Shown here one piece after another: positions 11,574 to 25,676 of a DNA stretch of 64,000 bases (position 1 is the stretch's first letter; each line of letters begins with the position of its first letter). Location of the stretch: contig JBNGIO010006294.1 of assembly GCA_049999805.1 (NCBI GenBank), positions 139,108-203,107 of the forward strand. The letters run 5' to 3'. The notes beneath the pieces were generated by a model, which saw only the letters and a program-made list of their open reading frames with translations, ran no database searches and was not told the DNA's origin. The stretch comes from Folioceros fuciformis (Eukaryota). Position numbers and translations under genes: made by a program.

Positions 11574-14500
11574 CGCGTCTTGCTCGAAGTCACGTGAACC
11601 CGACACCGCCCAACTCAACCCAGCTGCTGCTGCTGCCGCTGCTGTTGCTGGCTCCTGCTGTTTCTGCTTCTCCGGGCACCTGTCCAATCCCTGAAGTCAA
11701 AGGATTGGGGTCATTGGCAGCATAGCGATGGAACCGCTTTCCTTGAATCTGAATACCGGCGCTGCCAGAAGGACAGGGAAAGGAAAGCTCATGTGTTCAA
11801 AACTTAACACATGCGTGTATATTACGGCTGCCGTACCGGGATGCGTGCGTCCACCACCTACGAGCCTTCCCTCTGCACGCGGTTGACAAGGTCTGTGGCT
11901 GGCAAAGGTTCACTGTAGCGTGTGGGTCCCGACACTGATCCGGAACATGTCTAACTAGAAAACAAAAACGCGGCGAATCTGATTGAACACGTCGGAAACC
12001 ATCTACAGTATGGTGCCGCACACTCAAACTGATTACGGCCAGCAGCTCAGACTTTGTGTATGTGCACACACGATGGGATGCGTTCTTTTGCGCTGCATGT
12101 TCTGCTGCAGAAGACGACGAGCCCTGCTTCTCCCATCACACAATGCCGTGTGGTTCATTTTATCAGTGAGAATGGCTATTGGAAAAATCTTGAGAAGCGG
12201 GCTCGCTCGCCCTAAGCCCGCCTACTCCGAGACACGGCTGACACAAAAGGCTTTCCTGAGCGTAGAAGCTCTAGTAGAAGGGAAGCAAATCGCAACTCTC
12301 TCCCGCTCCGGAGGAAACGCGACGGAGGCCAGAAGCAACGGGAAGAAAGGGATTCGGAGGAGGGTATAGAAGAGACCTGGGGAGCAGTAGATCAGGATAT
12401 GGCGGAAGCTCCACAGCTGAATGCATCTTCCTGCCAGAATTCGGGTGAGATCGTTTCGAAATTGATGCAGGAACATGCATGCATAAGGACTGCTCACCGG
12501 AGACATGTCTGAGAATCAGCCGCTGGCTACAGTCAGTGCCACTTCTGGTACGTGTCGCTTCGTGTACTTATGGGTGCACATACGAGCCCTCATGGCGGGA
12601 TGGAGTTTTGCAATGGAGTCACTAAATGGGAATCAGGGTCGAGTATGGGGACAGGTTTCCAGGAACCGTCGACGTGGTGGGTGGACAACACTTGCTGAAG
12701 AGTTTCTCCTCAGCTCACCTCTCGCCCAAGGTGGGTCGATATCAGCCATAGGGGAAGCGCAGATCGGCCTCCACTTCTCCTCGAGAGGAGGCCTCCCCTG
12801 AGAGCTCAGCATGAAACCAGGACCTCAGTACCTCAAACCCTCGTTCGGCCCAACGCGGCCTAGTGCGGGTATGTTCGGATTTCCAGCTTCGAAACCAAGG
12901 GCACATCATCGGAACTTTTAAGCTTGCATACAGATCTGGCCAATGGCGTGGGGAACCGGCAGGATCAGCGCCCGACAGAGAAGGAAATCTCGGCCACCGG
13001 GGTCCACGAGTATAACATCACCCTCCTCTCAGGGCCCGTTCATACGGGGATGGTACCTCACACATTTGTTCCACGCGGAGGACGCTGCCCTGTGGGTTGT
13101 ATGAACCGTTTGGCCGTTCACATCGGCTTGGTGGTCTTGATATATTTGACGAGGATACCAAAGCTTTGCTCATTATATGAAAAGCTAGGATAGGAACTTC
13201 CATTTCCTTTAAGATAGTTAAAAAATTGTCATCCTCTTTAAAAATGATCCTGATGTTCTCCTTTTGTTGATGAGCCTATTCTTTGAAGGTAATAGAGTCT
13301 AAGGTAGTCCATAAACCTAACATCTTCTACATAAGACGCGTAAACACACATCAACAAAGGTATACTAATGTAGAGTAGGAAAATTTTATTTGTCCATGTT
13401 GATTTGTCTTCTAGCTTCTTGATATTATTTTGCATGTCATCATTGCGATCTTCCAACTTCTTATTGCAATCTTCTTAATTTTTACATTTATTTCATATAT
13501 CGTCATCAAGAACCAAGTGCTAGTCAATGTATTTGAAGTTATTTGATCTCCCCTTCCAAAGTCTGGAACCAAAATTGAACTTCTATCTTCCATTGTTGAA
13601 ATAATTTTTTTTGTGTTCGTAGAATTCTCGGAGTTTCATTCTACTATGCTCACACTCATTAACAATGTTCTCCTAAAACTCAATGATAAAGCACCACACA
13701 TCGCCATCGAGACGAACCCTATGTGATAATGGCTTGTACATTGTGGTTTGTTTAAGGGCTAAAAAAAAATTCTTAAACGGTAATTAAAACCTTTTAAAAA
13801 ATATACCGTGGAAAGGTGGAACTAAAAAAATACATTCTTCTTCGTTGTACCTCCTTAAATGGGATTTTCAAATTTTTATCATTCAATTTAAATTTTTTAG
13901 AAATAATAATTTTTATTGCTAAAAACATTAAATGTCTATGAAATAGACTTGAAGTGGTGTAGGTGAAATTGAGTAAATATAAACAGATAATAATGGATGA
14001 TATTATTAATGATAACAATAGATTATCAAAATAGAAACCACGACAACAATAGGGACATGGTCTCTTTGAATGAGAGGAATGAAGGGCAGAAAATTGTCCT
14101 TCTCGGCTAAAGAAAACATGACATTATGTATGGATGTATGACATTGTTTGAAGCAATGCGTTGTCTCCTAATTAGGCAATAGGCAAGATGAGTAGCATAG
14201 TAGTCTAATGGCGTTGAATAGTTGCAAGAGCAAAAAGAATAGGCCAAAAGTTAAACCAAATTAAGATAGAAACTTATCATAGTAAAGAATGTGACTCATG
14301 TGATTAAATGGTGGGTCAAGCTAAGAGCCAATAATATGTGCCCTTTCCCTGAAATATTATTCATTACTTCCAATCGAATATTGTTCATTACTTCCAGCTT
14401 TAGATGTATGAAGATGTGTGGGTAGAAGTTGATATTTTTAAATGGAGAAAAACTAAACGGAGACGTCCTTAAATGTACCTCCGAAGGTACTCCCAATTGG

Positions 14501-15457
14501 TGCCCATTAGAGAGGGTCGGGTGTATGTACATACATTGATGGACTGTAGGAGAACTTGGAAGAGGAAAATAGCAAAACGTAATGTACGAGGTCCCACATG
14601 CACGCAGGGGAGTCAAAGACAGATCGACGTCGTCCGGACTGTGTGTGCGGAGTCGTCTCTACAGAGTGCCGCACGGGGGTGTCGGCAGGCGTTTCCTCGT
14701 CTTCTACACCCTTCCCTCGTCGAGTGATGCTTCCGTCTTAATTGTGGGTAGCTCTGACACCGACAGTCGCACTGTCGTCGTCTTCAGCAGTGAGCTCCAC
14801 TCTCCGGGGCCACCGGATTCTTTAGGACCTCCCTCGAATGTGGGCGGCTGTAGAGGGAGCGAGCGTGGAGGTCGGGTTTCTGACACCTTGCATTGGCTGG
14901 GGATTTTGTCATCCGACTCTGACAGCCCAACAATTAGTTCCGCTGGGAAGCAGCTGCCCCAGCCCCGAACCTCGCAGCCAAGCCCAGCCCAGCCCGGCGC
15001 AGGTTGCTGGGCTGCGACGGCTATGGAGGGCGTACCGGTGAAGCTGCCAGTGTGATGGCAGAGCGGCCTGTGAGAAGATGTGGTGGGAAATCTTGGAAGC
15101 ATGTGTGCCGTGGCTGCCTGTGGAGCTGCCGCCTTCCCCTTCGGTAGAACTCCAAATCGGGTGGAATCGGGGTGTCGGGAGGATTCTGGCCCGGGTTTAC
15201 ACAGGCACTTGACAGGTAAATGGCCTGTTGGGTATCGGAAATGGTACCTTGCTGGCTGGAGTTTCTTCATCTGTGAATTGCAGTGCAGGCCATGGCATCG
15301 GCACACCTTCCTGATGCTGTTACGGTAGTGGACCCCAACAACGGGGTGTACGATGTGTGTGGTAAACTCTGGGCAGGTGCGTCTTTTTGTGATTCGCAGT
15401 TTGTTTGGGAAGTGAGCTGTGTGTTCGTGCACGGGTGGCATTGGTAGCACCACCAGG

Positions 15458-18400
15458 ATGTCAGGCTCGGGTTCTCACGGCGGGGACGGGGTGCGCTTGG
15501 GATCTGCAGTTGGATCTCGGTACCAGCTGTGTGAATATGTTGGAGGAGGGTCGTATGGCGAAGTCTGCCGGGCTACTGATACGGAGCTTGGGTTCTCTGT
15601 TGCCATCAAGGTTGCTTTGTGGAATTGCAATGAATTGATGTTAATAGATAGAGGGAAGGATTTGTGCTAGTCCAGTGAGAGAGTTTGGTTTTGATTCCAA
15701 GTACGAAGTGGTCACGCTGAAAGTTTGCCCTGTCAACAGAAAGTGGCCGACATCTTGTGTAGTCCGGTGCTGGCAAAGCGGATACTACGGGAAGTTTGCA
15801 TCATGCGGCGGCTGTCTCACCCATACATCATTTCGTGTAAGTCTAGGGTTGAAGCATGTACATTCCATTTGTGTCACGGAGCTCTTCTGTGTTCTAAGCT
15901 GCCATGCTGTGATGGGGGCAGTGACAGATGTGTTCACTCAGCCGTCTCTTGAAACGGATAGAGGCTTGGACCTCTACATCGCAACAGAATTCGCCAATCG
16001 GTGTGTGCCGTGTGGGCTGCGTCTCTCTCCATTACATCATCTTTCATACATCATGGAATTGATCTCTGTGTGTTGGTGTTGTTGCAGGGGTGACTTGTAC
16101 CATCTCCGAGAACGACTATCATCAGAGGAAGTGAAACGTTTGATGTGGCAATTGCTTGTTGGAGTCGAGTTCATGCACTCAGTTCACGTCTGGCACAGGT
16201 AGCTTCATAGATTCTCATGCTAGGATACTTCAAAGTCTCCATGTACTCAGGCAGAGTCTAATCTGGTGTTGTCTTGAGGATGCCAATTGCAGGGATATCA
16301 AATCTGAAAACGTCCTCCTGAGCTTGAATAATTCAATGATGCAAGTCAAGCTCTGTGATTTTGGATTGTCTCGCTCAGCCATGGAGGTACGTATGGCGTG
16401 GAAATGATCAATGAGATTTGATGGCAGTGCCAGTGCTAGTGCAGCTTGGCTGTACTTCAGACCGGTTAGTGCAGCCGACATTCATGCTGGCGGTTTATTG
16501 ATTGTGGGACCTGGTTTTGCAGACGTTTCAGCCAGAGTTTCGATATTCCTTGGGAACTACTTCTGCAGAGCAGAGTAAACGAAGGCTAGTCCGGCAGTAC
16601 ACGAAAACGGTATTTGTGACTTCGTTATGACTCCCGTGTGATGTTGTTGTCCAACTCAAGCCCCCAGCTTTAACTCGTGTGTCGCTTAACAGGTTGTAAC
16701 TCCTAGCTACCGTGCCCCAGAAGTTGTCATGTCTCAAGGACAATACTCCTCTCCCATTGATATGTAAGTCAACGTACAGAGTCCAGGCGCACGCCCTGTT
16801 CATGAGAGCCTTCTCGTTTGCACTATGTATAGGTTCTAGGATCAGTGGCACTGCTTGTGGTAAGACGATGTGTGTTGCCTGCAAAGTTATCTGTATGTTT
16901 GCAGCCACTTGTAAGGGACGAGGTTGTCTGTCCAGTAGGGTGTTACACCAATATTGCTTTGTTTCTTGCAGATGGTCGCTTGGCTGTATCTTTTGGGTGA
17001 GTTTTATTTTTCTCTTGAATTCTTAGCTCGCAAGCATTTGTGTGCCTACATCAGAAGGGTAGTATCGTCACTCAATTGTCCAGATGCATTTTCCTTGTTG
17101 TCAAACTTGAGTGCATCGCATGTGCAGGAGCTTCTTATGAGACAGTTGACTCCTCAACGAACTGGCCCTCCATCACGACCTCTTTTTGGAGTACGGTGAG
17201 GTTTCCACGGACAAACCTGTGTTGTGCTTTGTGACACAAATGAACAGAAGATTTTGCACCTAGCGCATCCTCCTCTCTGCTCTGCTGTACTGCTGCCGAG
17301 TTTTAGTGCATTAAGGCCTTAGTTGAATGTTGCAGTGGTGAGCCTGCCACTCCAGAACGGGGAGAAAACTATGCTGAAGATGGTCATTCGACGCTCGCAG
17401 AACAGGTTACTACGTGCAGCTGACGTTCACCAGATCCAGTTGGTGGGGTTGCATGTAGATTTCAAATTCAACTGTTTTGAGAGGTTGCTCATGAGCTTTA
17501 TTTGATGTGCAGTTGGATGTTATATTCAACGTCATCGGTACTCCATGCTGGAAGGATATTGAGAGCGTCCCCAGTGAATCATGGCGAAACTACTTAAAGC
17601 GCTTGCCAGGCAGAGTATGTCTGTGTAGCAGGCCCCGTCCATACGCCAGTCCATGTTGTGGTTTGTAGAACTAGGTTATGTGATCTGATGTCCTTGTTTT
17701 TCCAGGCAGGCAACTTAGGGACACAGCTGGGTAGCTGTGATCAGGAAGGGCTAGATCTCTTGTCACGAATGCTGGCTTTTGATCCTTCTCGTCGATGTAC
17801 TGCAGAAGAAGCCCTCTCCCACACCTATGTAAGCCTTTTTTCTACTTAGGTCCAAGGTTTCCTCGAAGATATGTATGCATTTTTGTCAAAGCTGTTCTGG
17901 ATGGCCACTTTGATTGTTTTGGCGCTAGTACTCTGTTTCAGTCATTTGAGGGCTTGCGTGATTTTCTCGCAGTTCAAAGGCTATAGAAAGCATGTTGGAC
18001 TCCCACAAGTCTCTGTGAACGGTGCTCCTACTGTCCTACCGGATGAGCCCTTTTGGACTATACGTGATCCAGCCACAGCTCTCGGAGTCCTTGAGGTATA
18101 CCGTAATCAGCCCCGCCAACCAGGGGCTTGCTTTGGCTTGCCGTCGCTGATTGCATCCTTTTGTTTGCAGAGAGAGTTGGAGCAGTCGGTGCATGACAAA
18201 GATGGGGGGCAGAGGAAATTGCTGCAGCTGCTGCGAGGAGAGGTTGAGGATCAGCAGTTGCAACACCGGTTGATGGTTCTGCAGGCAGAGATTATTGCCC
18301 GGAATATCCCAGTTTACCCAGCTCAAGATGCAGCTGCTGCTTATGAAGTTGTCGACGCTCCGATCACCATGCAGCTATTCCCACCTTCCACTGCTGGAGG

Positions 18401-18878
18401 GCAAATGGTGATGGGAATTCCAATGGCTGATCCAGGGGTGGTGTTTGTTGGCTCTCATCAAGCCATGGAATGGCAATCGCAAATGTCACAGAGAGAGTCG
18501 GAGATAAATTCATCTCAGATGTCTAAAAGAGACACGGGAGGGCAATCAAAGAAGCAAAGGAAGAGCAACAACAACAATCAAGGACAATCCAGCGTCAACT
18601 CGTCTACTCGTCACACCCGCGCAACAGCTGCTGCAGCAGCCGCAGCCGCCGCCGCCGCCGCTGCTGCTGCTGGTGTGCAGACTGTGGATGTGAACATGAC
18701 TCTGGTACCTGGTCCACAACAGAGTTCTAGCAAGGTAACAGGTCAGAGGAAGGCAAACAACCGGGTTGCTTATGAAGGGAATCCTGCGTTACCAAGAAGA
18801 TCACCACGCCTCAGAGATCTGCACTCTGGTGAGCTGCCCCACCGTAAAAGAGTCTGTCTCAAAACTGGTGCGGGATAG
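15458..18878 (+). CDS. MAPK-like CMGC Ser/Thr kinase, multi-exon, with a low-complexity poly-Ala C-terminal tail
   Basis: Exons encode VGGGSYGEVC, VAIK, AKRILREVCIMRRLSHP, HRDIKSEN, KLCDFGLSR, YRAPE, DLLSRMLAFDPSRRCTAEEALSH. GT-AG introns of roughly 70-200 bp. Confidence 0.9.
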
Positions 18879-21632
18879 GTAAAGTAACGTCGTTCTGCGG
18901 TCCCATCCTTGTGTACTATGTACTGTAGCCATGCCTGCCTTGGGAGTCCTTTCATATCGTATCCAGAAAGATGGCATATGGGTGACCTATTGATTCCTTT
19001 GTTGTGAGGGCATCATTCTTTTGTGCATACAGTCCCATGTCAAGCCTTCCTCTGTTGTAGATTATGCAGGTAGACCCTGATCTTATATTTCACCCCTTCT
19101 GAGCGAGCCTGTCCTTCTGCTCTAGATGAAACAAGCTTCTGAAAGAGTCATACCCCTACAGTGAGGCAGTCTGTCTTCAGAGGGGATTGGGAAATAACCG
19201 AAGCTGTTTGAACAATCAGTTGAGGCAACTACTGCTTTCTCCCCAAATTCCGGTCATGAGAGAGAACCAAGGCGAACACCAGGCCTTCCTCCAGCTGCCA
19301 TCATCCAGCTGTTTCCAAGACCAACATTGTATGAGAAAACCCCCTGTAATAGTACTGACAGCACAACTTGTTGCAATGTCAGAAAGCTGTTGAACTTGTT
19401 ATGATTGGTCTTGATGCGTGTAATACCAGTACCTCCATACCTAGCGTGCCTACAGTGCGTTGTGTATGCGTGATGAGAGTGCAGGTGAAAGCCGTGTATT
19501 CCAGATCTCTCTTCCAGCCAAGCCTACTTCCGAATCGGGACGAACTTTGCTTTCTGTTGCAGCTTCATGATTGTATCCTTCTCACCGCAAGCAAGAAGTA
19601 TGATGTAGCACCTTTATCTCGAGATTGGTCCGTAAGCATTCCGTAATGCTGAAAATCGAGAACCTGTTGTGTGTCTAAACTATCCTAGTCAAATCACTGG
19701 ACCCAGCGGTAAGCTAGTCGTGGAGCGGCTTTCCACCTGGCTATGTCTGGCCAATGTCTGCAGCCTATTCATTAACTGTTGGTAGCTTCTGGTTTGCTTT
19801 GTCTTGTGGGCAGATGCCAGGAGGAGTCAGGAGGCGGGATCGCCGCGGTATGCCACGCTGTGGCCTCTCCTCAACGAGCAAGGCTTGAGAAGTTGAGATA
19901 ATCTACCTACCAACATGGTATGCCCCATGGAGCCACCACATGGCAGCAGATGTGAGGGCCTCCGGCTGCTTATCCGGGTCCGGTCCCCAGTGCCACCAGC
20001 AGGCTGCACAATCGCGCATTTTGAGGGTAACCGTGAGTGAGAAGTATTACAAGTTATCACGGCAACCGAGGTCGCCCATCACAAGGAAGTGCACGGATTA
20101 TCTCCAGCCTCACCTGCTCAATCGCTATCTGGCATGTGCACTCTGCACCAATTCCTGTGTCCACAGGCGTTATGGTCGCTAGGATTTGTCCGTGCTCCTA
20201 ATTTCTGACTAAGGCGCCGTGTTTGTACCCAGTTGTTCACGTCCAACACCGGCAGTTAAGAGTTGAGCCTGCTCCGATATGAAGGATTATTTAACGATTT
20301 GACCCCACGGCGTTCGGGTGATGCCTCATCACACGTCTCCCTTTGCGTGTTAGTTACATTTGTCGGAATCAAGGCGTTATCCCTCTTGGCCTGGTGTTCT
20401 GTGGAGGCTTGTGTTGTTCCCCATCGCCCCGCTGAAGATGGGACTTGCCAATTTCTGCATCGTGTTTTCAACAGAAGTGTCCGAATCCCAGGTTCCCATA
20501 CGCACACATGTAACGTCGTGCTTGCATTGCTGTAAGGAGTCAAGCATCGTGGAGGGAAGGAAGGGAGGGAAGGCAGCTCTAATCGAAGAACCAGATTTTG
20601 GAGACTGAGGAAGGCTCCGACGGAACGCAGAAGCAGACTGGAGAAGTAATTGAAACCGATGAAAAACAACTAAGTGTGGATTTGCGACGGAGGAAGTTCT
20701 TTCGGGAAGGAAACAGGCCTTGAAGCTGGCTTAGTGCACGTTAAACTGTGATGACAGTAATGAAGACCACAAAGTCCCATTATTTTAGCACGCTTCCGTA
20801 CTGCAAGAAACAAACGGACGAGATGAGGGTGGGAGTGGAAAAGCGCGGCGGGATGGATGGCAGAGCACTTGGAGCACAGATGCCGTTGGGGGGGCTACCG
20901 ATGAGGGACAGCGCTTCAACGGAAAACTCAGCTCCGCTTGATGCCTCGCCTTTGCTCTCTGCTCGGTGCTCTGCTCTACGACAGATAAAGACAAGACCCA
21001 GACACAGACACGGACAGACACACACAGACGGCGGGCGGCAGAGTAGTGTGATCAGAGAGAGAGGTGTACATGCAATGCAATGTACAGCAGGAAAGCCAGG
21101 CCAGGCCAGGCCTGCACTCGGCGCATCACGCTCAGAACAGTCGCATTTACTGGAAGGTGGTACAATGGCAGACGGTGTTGTGCGAGGCACTCGCCTCATT
21201 CATTCCAGCCTCTAATGCACAGGCAGGCAGGCAGCGCAGGCCAGCTCAGGCTTCCGGTGCTTCCATTCAACGCATTCCCATTGCCAACCCGCCCCCTTGT
21301 AATTCTCTCGCCTGCTTCCCCTCTGTCATCACATTTTACTGCTCGCGCTCTCACTCACTCAGTCACCAGTTCTTCCTTCCTCCCTCCCTTCCTCCTTGCT
21401 CTGTTCAAAGCGCAGTTCTGTTCACAGCAGGGACTGGACCCCTCACTGCAGGACTGCAGGACTGCCAGTCACGCTGCTCTGCCCATGGCAGCTGCACAAA
21501 CCGATCCCTCTGCCTCGACCCGTGTGCCTGTGCCTGTGCCTGCCTGAAGGACGCTCTTTGCTCCTCACTCGATTCATTTCGCTCATCCACACGCCGGCAG
21601 AGAACAGCAGCAGCGGGTCCCGGAGCTCGAGC

Positions 21633-23500
21633 ATGAGATCATCAGGCATGGCGGGGACGCGGCCCTCGCTGCTCCTCCTGCTGGCCCTAGGCCTGCTGCT
21701 GTCGAGCGTGGTGACGGCGGCCGAATTCTTCCAGGAGCTCAAGCTGGTGGCAGACGCGAGAGAGAGGCACTTGTCGGTGGAGGAGGAGGAAAAGGAGGGG
21801 ACGCTGACGCTCAGCTTAATGCATCGAGATCACCCGGACTCCCCCTTCAGCTCCGGGAGCGGAAGCAGCAGTGATGCGCTGCGGGAGCGGCTGGAGAGGG
21901 ACCGGAGGCGGGTGGAGGGGATCATGTCCCGCGTGAACAACATGGTGAGCACACAAGCAAGCGGCTATGGCGGTCATCAAGTCTCGGCCCAGGAGAACAC
22001 CAAGAAGGAGAAGAAGAGGAAGCACAAGAGGAAGCACGCGGTGGATTACAGGAAGTCTTCCTCCGGGGGCAACGTCGGGTTTGAGGGCGCCGTGGTGTCT
22101 GGCCTGTCTGCAGGGAGCGGGGAGTACTTCGTCACGCTGGGAGTCGGTACACCGCAGACCAAGACCGCCTTGGTGATGGACACAGGGAGCGACCTGCTCT
22201 GGCTCCAATGCGCTCCTTGCCGGGTAAAATCAAGTCAATCCCCGCCTCTGCCAATAGCCATGGATAGCCACTCTCCTATACGGCCTTCTGTCTTCTGCCA
22301 TAGCCACTGCCACTATGATAGCTTTGCTGCAGCCAGTGGTGAGGGTGAAATGTCAAAGTCCTGAAATTTTCCGATCTGCCTGCTGCTGTACAGAATTGCT
22401 ACAACCAGAACGGGGCCATCTTCCAGCCAAAGCAATCCAGGTCGTATCGCACGCTCGCTTGCGGCTCCAAGCAGTGCCAGCTGGTGGACGAGCGCAGCTG
22501 CGCCAAGAACGTATGCCTGTACGAGGTAAATTACGGGGACGGCAGCTTCACGGTAGGCGACTTCTCCACTGAGACGCTCACCCTGACAGCCAAGGGAGGC
22601 AGGGAGTTCCTGGTGAAGAACGTGGGATTCGGGTGCGGGCACGACAACGAGGGCCTCTTCATTGGAGCCGCGGGCCTGCTCGGGCTGGGCCGGGGCTCGC
22701 TCTCCTTCCCGTCGCAGGTGGGCTGGCTCGTGGGCAACGTTTTCTCTTACTGCCTGGTGGACCGGGAGAGTCTCGGCTCCAGCTCCCTCGCCTTCGGCCA
22801 GTCTGCCATCCCGCAAGGTGAATCTCATCCTCCATTTGCCTGGACAGTTCCTCTGCGGCTACTTGATCTAACGTAAAAACCTGCTTGGCTCAATAACCAT
22901 CAAGCACGGCCATTCCTGACGCAATTCCTGCCTAGCCCGAGCGCCAGCCTGATTTGGAATGATCCATGATGTAATGCAGGTGCGCTCTTCACGCCACTCC
23001 TCACCAACCCCAAAGTGAAGACCTTCTACTACGTAGGGCTGGTGGGATTCAGTGTGGGGAAGGTCCAGGTGCCCATCCCCGCCAACACCTTCGCCCTCTC
23101 CGCTTCCGGGACGGGAGGCGTTATCATCGACTCGGGGACGTCCGTCACCCGCCTGCCGTCCGCCGCGTACACAGCCTTGCGCAACCAGTTCGTGAAGATG
23201 GCGACCTCCGACCTGGGCCATCCCTCCCTCTCCTTCTCCCTCTTCGACACCTGCTACGACCTCGGGCAGCAGCAGAGCGTCCAGGTCCCCGTGCTCAGCC
23301 TCCTCTTCCAGGGCGGCGTGGAGTTGCCACTCCCCGCCCGAAACTACATGGTGCAGGTGGATTCTCAGGGCACCGTCTGCTTCGCCTTCGCTCCCACCAG
23401 CGGCCCGCTCTCCATCATTGGCAACATCCAGCAGATGAGTACCCGAATAGTGCACGATGTGGCGGGATCACGCCTAGGCTTCGCCCCATCCCAATGCTAG
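21633..23500 (+). CDS. secreted A1 aspartic protease (nepenthesin/ASPG1-like), 3 exons
   Basis: Signal peptide, GSGEYFVTLGVGTP, DTGSDLLWLQC, FGCGHDNEGLF, IIDSGT, IIGNIQQ, GFAPSQC. Introns at about 22224-22394 and 22818-22979. Confidence 0.95.
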
Positions 23501-23655
23501 ATCTGTTACATAGAGCAGACAACACCAGACCACCAGTCCTGCAGAATGCGATGCAAAGGAAGGCAAGCATTGCAGGAAGAAAGCAAGCGAGGATGAATTC
23601 CTGCCCTTGAAGTAATTCAAGCAGCGCATATAGTACTAAGGTCGTTCGCATAGCA

Positions 23656-25076
23656 CTAATTCACAAATCCACATCTGGTCCTTATCTCGCCTTCGCTGCC
23701 TGTCTTCACCGCCACGCGCCCCAACTTGATCATGGAACGGCCGAAGTGCTGGAAGAAGGAACCGGCGTTGTGCGCGTACTCTTTCACGATCACGTGCGTC
23801 CGGTTGTCCAGGGCCAGGGCGGAGTCGGAGGAGAAGAGGCCCTTGTCCGCCAGCAAATCCTGGTAGTAGAAGGGGTCGAAGNNNNNNNNNNNNNNNNNNN
23901 NNNNNNNNNNNNNNNNNNNNNNNNNNNNNNNNNNNNNNNNNNNNNNNNNNNNNNNNNNNNNNNNNNNNNNNNNNNNNNNNNGGGGGCAGGCTTCGCGAAG
24001 CTGCGCGGCGTAGGCCGGGTCCAGGGCTGGGTCGATCCCGCTGCGACTGCCGGGCCAGTTGTAGAAACGCCTCGCGATTTGGAAGCAGTGGGCTCTGCCA
24101 AAGGAATGCGCGCCTGTGAAGTTGCGGTATGGAACGCACTACACTCGTCTCAGTATGTTAAACGGGATGGCATCAAAAGGAAGACGATTTACGTGTAGAG
24201 ATGGGGCTCACCTGAGAGCGTGACCAAGTCACGCACGTTGAGCTCGAAGGCCGCGAAGATGTCGATCAGGGGCTGAGCGCTGAGCTGAGACGAGGGCAAA
24301 TGGGCGCTGGCCAGCGCCGCTGAGGAGATTCTTCCGTCTCTTCTCCCCAACTCCACGGCCCAAGTCGGTCCTCCGCTCTGCAGGTGTACCAATTTCCAGA
24401 TGCCGTCATGATCGTGAATTCAAGTGACCGTGCGCACAGAGGCAACTGCTCACGACTCACGAGCATTCCATTCTGTGTGTTGCATTGCATTGCATTAATG
24501 CTGTACAGTAACAGGTGGAGGACCTGGAGCTGAGCTTGGAACAGCCTTGCAACATGCGTACCTGGACCACAGCATCTCGCGCAGCGACTGCCAGAATGTC
24601 CGCACACGACACCACTCCTGGGCACCGTAATTCAAGGCCGACCTTGATCTCGTCAATGATGTTAAGCTCCCTCAGTGTTTGGTTAGGGACAGCGGTCTTC
24701 TCCGAAGGGCCAGCGCTGGACGTAGACTCCAGCAACACGGAGCCATCGCAGCCCTGGCATCATGGCTATGTTAGTCACGACTGCCAAAATCCTCACACAA
24801 TTGGACAGGAACGTTGTCACATCTTTGACAAATTTGGGTTCAACATATAACCTCGACGAAGCAGTCATGGAAGAAGAGTCGGAGCAGAGATGCTGCGGAC
24901 AAGGGGTTCTGCTGCAGGTGCTCAGCCACGATGCTCTCCACGAGAGGCTCCAAGTTGGGACAAGATCGAGAGTAGAAGTTGGGGGTCAGCTTCAGTGCAC
25001 CTCCCTCTGGTGTAGCAATGAGCAGCACTGCCAGAAGCAATACCCAGGGCAGTAATCCTGCTGCCATTCTCCTCAT
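23656..25076 (-). CDS. class III secretory peroxidase, 4 exons, last exon interrupted by an assembly gap
   Basis: [45 protein letters not shown]. Confidence 0.95.
23882..23981. other. assembly gap (100 N)
   Basis: Run of N. Confidence 1.
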
Positions 25077-25480
25077 CCCAGAATGCTTGCACAAGCCTTA
25101 GGATCCCAGTTTGTGGCCGATGCTTGCTCTGTGGCGTCCTCTGTGAAAGAGACCCTACGATATATGGGTGTCGAGTAGGCTGCTCAAACACCAGATTAAC
25201 ATTGAAGTTCATCTCATGCTTCGTGAATAACAACCCAAAGGGGGGCTCTAATAATCAGCTACGGTTGGCCAATCATTCTTTTCTTTAGTGCCCGCAGCAT
25301 CTTCAATCAACAGCAGCACAATCGAGGACCACCTGACATTCCGCAGTGTGGCGTGGGACGTCTGTCACTGTTGTCCGTAGCCATGGAGCTGCCAGAGCTA
25401 TCTTTCTGTTGTACCGCTGTCACCGGCGCGCTCGGCTGCAAAAACCTCACCTGTTGTAGACATACTGTACATACATCTGG

Positions 25481-25514
25481 ACATGTATCACATATGTACA
25501 TATGTGATACATGT
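25481..25514. repeat. 34-bp perfect palindrome
   Basis: acatgtatcacatatgt followed by acatatgtgatacatgt is its own reverse complement. Confidence 0.95.
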
Positions 25515-25676
25515 ACCACAAAGAGATTCAGTAACTGGCTGGGGTGTGGCCGAGATGACGATGTGGGCCTGACAGGAAACCCTAAGAGTACACCAACCTC
25601 AGAGTTCCGTCCTTGTAAGACACTGCCAAGCATGCTCGACAAAGCTGGCTAATCAGAAATTTCCGACGGCGAGCAC

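Noticed and set aside
11574-11687. 38-aa N-terminal extension of the gasdermin-like ORF shown in the ORF track
   Set aside because: It begins at TTG, not ATG. The first ATG puts Cys at position 3, as expected for the family. An upstream coding exon is not excluded.
12200-14500. Short ORFs upstream of the gasdermin-like gene as a possible partner gene
   Set aside because: No protease, NLR or kinase motifs seen. The fragments are short and the right half is AT-rich repeat-like DNA.
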